Below are positions 1-6,085 of a stretch of 14,573 nucleotides of DNA, piece by piece. The notes under the pieces are model-generated. The model had not been told where the DNA came from and ran no database searches. It saw nothing but the letters and a program-made list of their open reading frames with translations. The number at the start of each line of letters is the position of its first letter. Positions within the stretch are counted from its first letter, which is position 1. A program made the position numbers and the translations under genes. This DNA is from Candidatus Krumholzibacteriia bacterium. Lineage in GTDB: Bacteria; Krumholzibacteriota; Krumholzibacteriia; LZORAL124-64-63. The DNA lies in the NCBI GenBank assembly GCA_046484865.1, contig JAWOID010000105.1, forward strand, positions 1-14,573. Direction: 5' to 3'.

Positions 1-46
1 CCCTCGGCGGCCGTCCGACCGATCCGGCCCCCACCGCCCGACAGTC

Positions 47-1849
47 CTAGCGCACGAGCGTGAGCGTCGCCCGGGAGGTACGGCTTCCCGCCTGAAGGCG
101 CCCCTGGTAGACACCCGAGGCGAGCGGGCGTCCCCCGTCGTCCCGTCCGTCCCAGACCAGCTCGTGCCGCCCTGCCGCCAGGGGGCCGATCAGCAGCGTC
201 CGTACCCGCCGGCCGGCCGCATCGTGCACCGCCAGCGCCACCGGGGCGGGTTCCGGCAGCTCGAACGCGAGCACGGTGCGCGGGTTGAACGGGTTCGGGT
301 GCACCGACAGCGCCGGGGCGCCGGTTAGCGCCGGCGGCGTCTCGGGCGCCGCCGTCACCCCGGTGTGGAACCAGTCGGCCCAGACGCTGAGCGACGGCAG
401 GCGCTCGTCCGTCCAGGCCACCACCATGCGCGAGGAGCCGCCCGGCGGGATCGCCACCACGCTGCCGCCGCCGCTGGCGGCGCCGTCCGTCACCAGTTCC
501 CAGCCCGGGCTCCACAGGTGCGGCGCGTCCACCGACGTGCAGGTGGCCACGACCTGGTTCTCCACCAGCTTGGCGTCGCGCCGCCAGTAGGTGGCCGCGA
601 TCACGTCCTGGTCGAGGGCGGCCGCCAGGTCGGGGTAGAACTCGTCGTCCACGGAGTCGAACGGCGGGTAGCTCTCGAACCAGGTGAATCCTTCGTCCAG
701 GCTGTAGACAGCCCCCACGTCCCGCGAGGTCGGGTTAGCGTTCTGGCACCAGGCCACCGCGACGAAGGGGTCGCCGGGGGTCGCGGCCACGGACACGCGC
801 GTAGTGCCGTCGCAGTCGCCGAGGGTGCTCGGCGGCGGCCACGTGGAGCCGAGATCGTGGCTCACCCGGACTTCGACGGTCCTGTCCCAGTTCGCGTCGC
901 CCCGGACCTGCGCCAGGTACAGGTTGCCGTGGCCGTAGTCGAGGTCGATGTCGTAGTCACCGAACCACCAGGGGCTGTGATCAAGCACCGCGGGCACCGA
1001 CCAGGTCGTGCCATCCACCGTGTACGTGAACATCAGGTCGGTCCAGTCTCCGTCGTCGCTCTGGAAGACGAGGTAGGCCCACCAGTTGGTCGTGAACTCG
1101 GGGTAATCGGTGCACATCTCGATGCGGGTGGTGGTGTTCGGATCCCCCTGGCGGTTCTCGATCAGGGCGAACCCGCCGGTGGCGTCGTCCAGGTCGCGGT
1201 GATGGACCAGGATCTGCGAGTAGGTCACCAGCGGGGCATCAAAGACCAGCAGCGCCACCATCAGCTTGCGGCGGGCGGGCGCCTGGCCGTCGGCCACGGT
1301 GATCGCGTGCACCCGGATCGCGTCGTCGTCCGCGGCCAGCAGCGAGTACCACGGCCACCAGGACGCGCCGCCGTCCATGGAGCGATGGATGACGACCCGG
1401 TACTGCCCGTCGGAGTTCACGGTCGTGCAGGCCAGGTAGAGCGTCCCGTCGCCGCCGGCCACCATCACGGGCGTGTGGGCCATATCCGACGGGTCGTTCA
1501 CCAGCACGTCCGCTCCGCCCCACTTCTCCGCCGCCGACGGGTCGCCCTCCAGTTCGACGACGCGCACCCGCACGTCGGCCGGATCGACCGGCGCCAAAGT
1601 GGGCGCCGGCGGCGACCCCTTGCGCAACTGCCGCGCCTCGGCCCAGGCGTCGATCCGGGCCTCGGTCCGGGCGTCGGCCGCCTCCGCCGCTGGCGCCGTG
1701 GGCCCCGCCGCTCGCGCCGTGGATCCCGCTATCGGCGCCGCGGGCCCCGCCGCCTCCGCCGCCGCCGCTGTGTCCACCCCCATCACGGCGCTCAGACCCG
1801 ACGCCATCGCCAGCGCCACCCACCACCTCGTTCCCGTCTTCCCGCTCAT
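47..1849 (-). CDS. Secreted Asp-box/BNR-repeat (sialidase-like beta-propeller) protein with C-terminal FlgD-Ig / T9SS-CTD-like domain, ~600 aa
   Basis: ATG at 1849 preceded by GGAGGAG; signal peptide MSGKTGTRWWVALAMASGLSAVMG; Asp-box motifs SMDGGASW, TVDGTTW, SHDLGSTW, SLDEGFTW; C-terminal HPNPFNPRT...WDGRDDGGRPLASGVY...LVR. The longer ORF start (2128) lies inside tRNA-His. Confidence 0.85.
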   Translation of the reverse strand: MSGKTGTRWWVALAMASGLSAVMGVDTAAAAEAAGPAAPIAGSTARAAGPTAPAAEAADARTEARIDAWAEARQLRKGSPPAPTLAPVDPADVRVRVVELEGDPSAAEKWGGADVLVNDPSDMAHTPVMVAGGDGTLYLACTTVNSDGQYRVVIHRSMDGGASWWPWYSLLAADDDAIRVHAITVADGQAPARRKLMVALLVFDAPLVTYSQILVHHRDLDDATGGFALIENRQGDPNTTTRIEMCTDYPEFTTNWWAYLVFQSDDGDWTDLMFTYTVDGTTWSVPAVLDHSPWWFGDYDIDLDYGHGNLYLAQVRGDANWDRTVEVRVSHDLGSTWPPPSTLGDCDGTTRVSVAATPGDPFVAVAWCQNANPTSRDVGAVYSLDEGFTWFESYPPFDSVDDEFYPDLAAALDQDVIAATYWRRDAKLVENQVVATCTSVDAPHLWSPGWELVTDGAASGGGSVVAIPPGGSSRMVVAWTDERLPSLSVWADWFHTGVTAAPETPPALTGAPALSVHPNPFNPRTVLAFELPEPAPVALAVHDAAGRRVRTLLIGPLAAGRHELVWDGRDDGGRPLASGVYQGRLQAGSRTSRATLTLVR

Positions 1850-1942
1850 GGCCGTCTCCTCCGGTTCCGCGCCGCACCGCCAGACATTCTCCCTGGCAGA
1901 GAGACGGACCGGCGGCCCCGGAATCACGGCGAAGACCGCCGC

Positions 1943-1958
1943 GTGTACCCGGGTCCAC
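1943..1958. repeat. 16-bp palindrome family GTGTACCCGGGTACAC, copy 1 (GTGTACCCGGGTCCAC)
   Basis: Read directly; extends to 20 bp (1941-1960) with one mismatch; intergenic, ~95 bp upstream of the BNR protein start. Confidence 0.8.
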
Positions 1959-2083
1959 GCCGGCAAGGAACGAGCCGAGGCGCAACCCCAACCACTTGCA
2001 GAGTTCTCTGGCGGGGACCCCACGGGTTGAGCGGCGGGGCAAGGAGACGTGGCAATCCGGCGAGAAGGATCGGGGGGAAGAGA

Positions 2084-2160
2084 TGGGGTGGCTGATGGGA
2101 TTCGAACCCACGACCACCTGGACCACAACCAGGGGCTCTGCCAACTGAGCTACAGCCACC
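2084..2160 (-). tRNA. tRNA-His (GTG)
   Basis: Reverse complement GGTGGCTGTAGCTCAGTTGGCAGAGCCCCTGGTTGTGGTCCAGGTGGTCGTGGGTTCGAATCCCATCAGCCACCCCA; G-1:C73 pair, anticodon GTG, encoded CCA. Confidence 0.97.
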
Positions 2161-2188
2161 ACCAGATCTTCAGGACCGTCTCGAAAAC

Positions 2189-2265
2189 TGGCACGCCCGG
2201 CAGGACTCGAACCTGCGGCCTGCGGATTAGAAATCCGCTGCTCTATCCAGCTGAGCTACGGGCGC
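2189..2265 (-). tRNA. tRNA-Arg (TCT)
   Basis: Reverse complement GCGCCCGTAGCTCAGCTGGATAGAGCAGCGGATTTCTAATCCGCAGGCCGCAGGTTCGAGTCCTGCCGGGCGTGCCA; anticodon TCT, encoded CCA. Confidence 0.97.
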
Positions 2266-2310
2266 GCCATGACCCGTCGCTGACGCGGCTCGGCCCGCGG
2301 GCGGACGCGA

Positions 2311-2339
2311 ATAATCGCTCGGGGCGTCGCCAGTGTCAA
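2311..2339 (-). promoter_or_regulatory. sigma70-type promoter for tRNA-Arg/tRNA-His
   Basis: TTGACA-N17-GATTAT on the minus strand followed by a GC-rich discriminator-like stretch, ~45 bp upstream of tRNA-Arg. Confidence 0.65.
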
Positions 2340-2380
2340 GGGTACCCGGTCCGTGGCGGTTCCGCTCTCTGGAGCGGCCA

Positions 2381-2410
2381 TTGACTTCGCCTGTTCGGCT
2401 TCCGTACAAT
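2381..2410 (+). promoter_or_regulatory. sigma70-type promoter for the small lipoprotein
   Basis: TTGACT-N18-TACAAT, divergent from the tRNA promoter. Confidence 0.65.
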
Positions 2411-2451
2411 CATGCGGATTCGATACCCGCGAATCGACGCCAGGAGACAAC

Positions 2452-2724
2452 GTGCGGTCGCCTCACAGGTTCCGTTTCATCCTACCCGGACTTCTCCTTG
2501 CATACCTCGCCGTCGCCGGCTGCAGCCATGCCCCCCGGTTGCATGGCTATCCGGACGTCTACGAGACAATCGTGCTCGATGGCAAGCAGTACGCCTGCTA
2601 TGACGACGACGACGGCACCTGGCTGTGCTACGAGGTCGCGACCGTCGAGCGGGAACTGCAGGAGCGGATCGTGGCCGATGCCGGCTCCGCCCCCCGTCCG
2701 CAGCCTCAGCAGCCGACGCCGTAG
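2452..2724 (+). CDS. Small putative lipoprotein, 90 aa, unknown function
   Basis: GTG start after CAGGAG RBS and downstream of a good promoter; basic n-region, hydrophobic h-region and lipobox VAG|C (MRSPHRFRFILPGLLLAYLAVAGC). Confidence 0.75.
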   Translation: MRSPHRFRFILPGLLLAYLAVAGCSHAPRLHGYPDVYETIVLDGKQYACYDDDDGTWLCYEVATVERELQERIVADAGSAPRPQPQQPTP

Positions 2725-2846
2725 TTCCCGCTGACCCGCCGCCGGAGCACAGCCGGGCGCCGTCCCGCCGACCCGCGACCGGAGCGCAGCCAGCCCGTAC
2801 GCAGCGTCGCGCGTCCGCGGACGAGCCCACTTGCTACAGTCACGTT

Positions 2847-3009
2847 TTGCCGCCATGGCGGTCATTCTTTGCAGCAAAGGCCGCTGGACAGTGATGATGC
2901 CCGCCAGTTCGGCGCTATTTACCGCCTGCGCGGTAACTACGCGCGAACTTTCCGGAAACGGCTTGACGTCTGCCCCCGGATGCAGCGATTATTACCGCCA
3001 AGGCGGGCA
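2847..3009. promoter_or_regulatory. Three 18-bp palindromic operators (consensus TTACC-N8-GGTAA), putative HipB sites
   Basis: TTGCCGCCATGGCGGTCA (2847-2864), TTACCGCCTGCGCGGTAA (2919-2936), TTACCGCCAAGGCGGGCA (2992-3009); half-site ATGCCCGCC at 2897-2905. Confidence 0.7.
2963..2992 (+). promoter_or_regulatory. Putative sigma70 promoter of the hip operon
   Basis: TTGACG-N18-GATTAT; the third operator overlaps the end of the -10 and the predicted +1. Confidence 0.55.
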
Positions 3010-3101
3010 TAAGCCTTGCGTTTTGGGGTGCGGCGATGAAAGTCGAGCAGCGAGCGACGGGTCGGGCCTGACGCCACGACCTGTCGATGAAAGGCCCTTC
3101 C

Positions 3102-3374
3102 ATGGACCCCCAGCTCTGGTCGCGAGAGATGGCCGGCGTCGTGCGCTACCACCGCAAGCGTGCGGGTCTGACGCGCATCGAACTCGCGCGGCTCGCCGGC
3201 ATCGGCAAGACGGCGGTGTTCGACATCGAGCACGGCAAGACGACGGTGCGGATGGCAACGTTGCTCCGTGTCCTCTCGGTGCTGAATGTCACCCTGGAGT
3301 GGCGCAGCCCGCTCGCGGAGGCGTTCGCGAGGGAGCGGTCCGAGGAACCATCCGTGGAGCGGTCCGATGCGTGA
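3102..3374 (+). CDS. hipB: XRE/HTH_3 transcriptional regulator, HipB-like (y4mF-type)
   Basis: VRYHRKRAGLTRIELARLAGIGKTAVFDIEHGKTTVRMATLLRVLSVLNV is a Cro/C1 HTH; first gene of an overlapping three-gene operon; alternative start at 3087. Confidence 0.88.
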   Translation: MDPQLWSREMAGVVRYHRKRAGLTRIELARLAGIGKTAVFDIEHGKTTVRMATLLRVLSVLNVTLEWRSPLAEAFARERSEEPSVERSDA

Positions 3375-3693
3375 AGCTTCCGTCCGCGTCCATGGCGAGA
3401 TTGCCGCGGTGCTCGCCGAGGTCGAACGGGGGCACCGTTACGTGCTGCGATACGTCGACGACTACACGGGTCCGCCCGTGTCGCTGGCCTTGCCGGTCCG
3501 TCCGGAACCCTACGCGTTCGACGAGTTCCCGCCGTTCTTCGATGGCCTGCTGCCGGAAGGATCCCAGCTCGAGGCGCTGCTGCGCCGGGCCAAGCTCGAC
3601 GCCGACGATCATCTCGGGCAACTGCTGGCGGTCGGGGGCGATCTGGTGGGAGCCGTCACCGTCTCGGCGCTCGAACCGGGCGGTCGGGCGTGA
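3367..3693 (+). CDS. hipS: Stand-alone HipA N-terminal domain protein (Couple_hipA; HipS-like), 108 aa
   Basis: ATG at 3367 overlaps the hipB end; motifs PVSLALPV, PPFFDGLLPEG, DLVGAVTV. Confidence 0.88.
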   Translation: MREASVRVHGEIAAVLAEVERGHRYVLRYVDDYTGPPVSLALPVRPEPYAFDEFPPFFDGLLPEGSQLEALLRRAKLDADDHLGQLLAVGGDLVGAVTVSALEPGGRA

Positions 3694-4643
3694 GCGGCCG
3701 CTGTCCCATCACGTACGAGCCGCTGCCCGACGACGCCTCTGGTCCGTACTCGCATCGCGGGCTGGCACGACTGGCGCGCAATCTCGCGCGGCTGGAGGAT
3801 CTGCCTCTGTCGGCCGAGGAGCAGAGGCACGAGGCGGCCGCGCGGGCCACGAAGATGTCCGTGCAGGGCGTGCAGCCGAAGCTGAGCGCACGTCTCGCCG
3901 TGCGCGATGGCCGCTTCGAAATCGTCGACACGGGCGGCACGTTCATCTTGAAGCCGCAGAATTCGCTCTATCCTCACCTGCCGGAGAACGAGGACCTCAC
4001 GATGCGGCTGGCGGCGGCTGCGGAGATCGAGACCCCGGTCCATGGTCTCGTGCGCTCCCGGGACGATAGCTGGACGTACTTCATCCGGCGCTTCGACCGC
4101 CTGCCGCGCGGACGGAAACTGGCGGTCGAGGATTTCGCCCAGCTCACCGGGCGCACCCGCCGTACGAAGTACGACTCGAGCATGGAACGGGTGGCGACGG
4201 TCCTCGATCGCTTCGCGTCGTTCCCGGCCGTCGAGAAGCAGGACCTCCTCGCACGCACGCTCTTCTGCTTCCTGACCGGCGGCGAGGACATGCACCTGAA
4301 GAACTTCTCGCTGATCACCCGCCTCCCACGTGTCCAGCTCTCGCCCGCCTACGACCTCGTGAACTCCACCTTGGCGCTCGGCGGCGCCACCGACGAACTG
4401 GCGCTGCCCCTGGGCGGCAAGCAGCGCAATCTCACCCGACGTGACCTGGTGGAGTCCTTCGGTCGCGAGCGTCTGGGTCTCACGGCCGCCGCCGTCGACG
4501 ACGTGCTCTCGCGCCTGCGCCGCGCACGCCCGGAGTGGGACCGGCTGGTCGAGGCGAGCTTCCTGCCTGACGACATCCGGACGCGCTACCACGCGCTGGT
4601 GGATGAGCGGTGGGAACGGCTCGAAGGAACAGGTCGGCCGTAA
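3690..4643 (+). CDS. hipT: HipA-family Ser/Thr kinase toxin (HipT-like), 317 aa
   Basis: GTGA overlap with the upstream gene; Gly-rich loop KMSVQGVQPK, FILKP, ENEDL, RRFDR, EDFAQL, catalytic DMHLKNFS and SPAYDL. Confidence 0.93.
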   Translation: MSGRCPITYEPLPDDASGPYSHRGLARLARNLARLEDLPLSAEEQRHEAAARATKMSVQGVQPKLSARLAVRDGRFEIVDTGGTFILKPQNSLYPHLPENEDLTMRLAAAAEIETPVHGLVRSRDDSWTYFIRRFDRLPRGRKLAVEDFAQLTGRTRRTKYDSSMERVATVLDRFASFPAVEKQDLLARTLFCFLTGGEDMHLKNFSLITRLPRVQLSPAYDLVNSTLALGGATDELALPLGGKQRNLTRRDLVESFGRERLGLTAAAVDDVLSRLRRARPEWDRLVEASFLPDDIRTRYHALVDERWERLEGTGRP

Positions 4644-5473
4644 GCGGCCGCGCGTCGCAAGCCCCTGGACCCGGTGTACCCGGGTGCACTCTTCGGCGCG
4701 CCGGTCGCGGTTCGTGTTCCCCGGGGAACATCCGCCGATTCCAGCAACACGCCCACCGGCACGACCTCGAGACCGCGACGGCGCAGTTCGGGCAGGATCT
4801 GCTCGAGCGCGTCGAGGACGTAACGCCGTCTGGGCCCGCCCTCGTGCAGGATGATGATGTCGCCGGGCTGGACCTTGTGCAGCACGAACCAGCGGATGAG
4901 GCTCGGGTTGCCGTGCTTGGGATCGTTCGGATACACCGACCCCAGGATGCAGACGTAGCCCTCCTCCTCCAGGACGCGCAGCTGGTCGGGACGGATCCAC
5001 CCCGAGCCGGGACGGAATGACCTGGGCGGGTTCCTGGATCCGTCGGCGATCCCGAGGATCGCCTCGGCCCGCTTCAGGTCCCGGCGGAACGTCTCGGTGC
5101 TCAGCAGGACGCTGGGCGGCCCGCTCTTCATCATGTGATTCCCGATCTCGTGGCCGGCGTCGCGCACGCGGGCCACCAGCTCCGGGTGCTCGCGGGCCTT
5201 CTCGCCGATCATGAAGAACGTCGCTCGCGCACCATGCCTGTCCAGCAAGCGGAGGAGATCGTCGGTCAGCTCTGCGCTGGGACCGTCGTCGATCGTCAAG
5301 GCGACGAGCGGCTGGTCGGTGTCGACCCGGTACACGACGCGCCGCTGCACGGAGTTGAGCAACTCGACGAGCGGCCGCGGATGGTAGAAGAAGATCCAGA
5401 ACAGAAGGCCGGCCAGGAGGAGCACCAGCAGGAGCAAGGTCCTGCGCCGTTTTCTGGTCGTGCGGAGGATCAT
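4586..5473 (-). CDS. Membrane-anchored polysaccharide deacetylase (NodB / CE4 family)
   Basis: Basic N-terminus plus TM helix; motifs ALTIDDGP, ATFF, GHEIGNH, FRPGSG, GDIIILHEG; alternative start 5500; 3' end overlaps hipT by 58 nt. Confidence 0.88.
   Translation of the reverse strand: MILRTTRKRRRTLLLLVLLLAGLLFWIFFYHPRPLVELLNSVQRRVVYRVDTDQPLVALTIDDGPSAELTDDLLRLLDRHGARATFFMIGEKAREHPELVARVRDAGHEIGNHMMKSGPPSVLLSTETFRRDLKRAEAILGIADGSRNPPRSFRPGSGWIRPDQLRVLEEEGYVCILGSVYPNDPKHGNPSLIRWFVLHKVQPGDIIILHEGGPRRRYVLDALEQILPELRRRGLEVVPVGVLLESADVPRGTRTATGAPKSAPGYTGSRGLRRAAAYGRPVPSSRSHRSSTSAW
4674..4689. repeat. 16-bp palindrome family, copy 2 (GTGTACCCGGGTGCAC)
   Basis: Read directly; 30 bp downstream of the hipT stop, within the non-conserved tail of the deacetylase ORF. 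Confidence 0.8.
4715..4730. other. Perfect 16-bp palindrome TGTTCCCCGGGGAACA, parS-like
   Basis: 14/16 identical to the known parS variant TGTTCCACGTGGAACA, with symmetric substitutions; function not established. Confidence 0.45.
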
Positions 5474-5500
5474 GCCCGGGACTCTCGCCAGTCGAGACAT

Positions 5501-5552
5501 GTGATCCGGTCGGGTGATCCGGTCGGGTGATCTGGTCGAGTGATCTGGTCGG
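5501..5552 (-). repeat. 13-bp tandem repeat x4 that includes the tRNA-Pro 3' end
   Basis: Plus-strand units GTGATCCGGTCGG (5501), GTGATCCGGTCGG (5514), GTGATCTGGTCGA (5527), GTGATCTGGTCGG (5540); the last overlaps the tRNA's CCGACCA end. Confidence 0.9.
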
Positions 5553-5622
5553 GGCGGGGAGATTTGAACTCCCGACACCTTGCTCCCAAAGCAAGTGCGC
5601 TACCGGACTGCGCCACGCCCCG
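5546..5622 (-). tRNA. tRNA-Pro (TGG)
   Basis: Reverse complement CGGGGCGTGGCGCAGTCCGGTAGCGCACTTGCTTTGGGAGCAAGGTGTCGGGAGTTCAAATCTCCCCGCCCCGACCA; anticodon loop TT-TGG-GA. Confidence 0.97.
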
Positions 5623-5659
5623 ACCCGATGCGTGTGGCCAGGCTCGGCCCGTGGGGCCA

Positions 5660-5859
5660 GTGTACCCGGGTCCACGCGCCCCCGCCGCTCCCGACGCCGG
5701 GACGGCTGACCGATCGCCCCGACCCCGGCTGGCCGCCCGCCTGTTCCCGGCTGGCCGCCCGCCTTGTCCCCGGCTGGCCGCCCGCCCGACCCGACCCGGC
5801 CACGGCCGCGGCCCGGTGCACCCGGGTACACTCGCCATCTCGATTGTACCCGGGTACAC
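5660..5859. repeat. 16-bp palindrome family, copies 3-5
   Basis: GTGTACCCGGGTCCAC (5660-5675), GTGCACCCGGGTACAC (5816-5831), TTGTACCCGGGTACAC (5844-5859). Confidence 0.8.
5724..5786. repeat. 22-23 bp period tandem repeat x3
   Basis: Core CCCGGCTGGCCGCCCGCC at 5724, 5746 and 5769. Confidence 0.85.
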
Positions 5860-5947
5860 TGGACGAGATCCGGATCGCCATCGCCTTCAGCCCTGGTCGC
5901 CGCCCGGCCGTCTGCTCTTCGGCCGCCCGGCCGTCTGCTTTCCGGCC

Positions 5948-6031
5948 GCCCGGCCGCCCGGCCGCCCGCATTCAGTTCTGGCGTCGGCTGCCCGGCCGCC
6001 CGGCCGCCCGCGTTCAGTTCTGGCGTCGGCC
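5948..6031. repeat. 42-bp tandem duplication x2 within GCCCGGCC-rich sequence
   Basis: 5948-5989 and 5990-6031 differ at two positions; both contain TTCAGTTCTGGCGTCGGC. Confidence 0.85.
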
Positions 6032-6085
6032 GCTCGGCCGCCCGCCCTCAGCCCTGGCGCCCCCGCCCTGCCTTCGGCCCGCCCT

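Noticed and set aside
365..2095. Long antisense/alternate-frame ORFs (365-2095, 3609-5831, 5540-8146, 8218-9732, 9592-11532, 9669-11576, 12666-13799)
   Set aside because: Shadow ORFs expected in high-GC DNA; they overlap well-supported genes or tRNAs and show no motifs.
1850..2128. N-terminal ORF extensions of the BNR protein (to 2128), deacetylase (to 5578), smpB (to 12343) and CHAT-like protein (from 12669)
   Set aside because: The first three run through tRNA genes, and better starts with RBS-like sequences exist downstream in each case.
2847..3009. CRISPR-like mini-array interpretation of the 72/73-bp periodic repeats
   Set aside because: Repeats are short (18 bp) and divergent, no cas genes are present, and position and geometry match HipB-type operators.
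2808..4656. CGCGCGTC direct repeat flanking the hip locus (2808-2815 and 4649-4656) as a target-site duplication
   Set aside because: An 8-bp GC-rich match is likely by chance here; no terminal inverted repeats or transposase.
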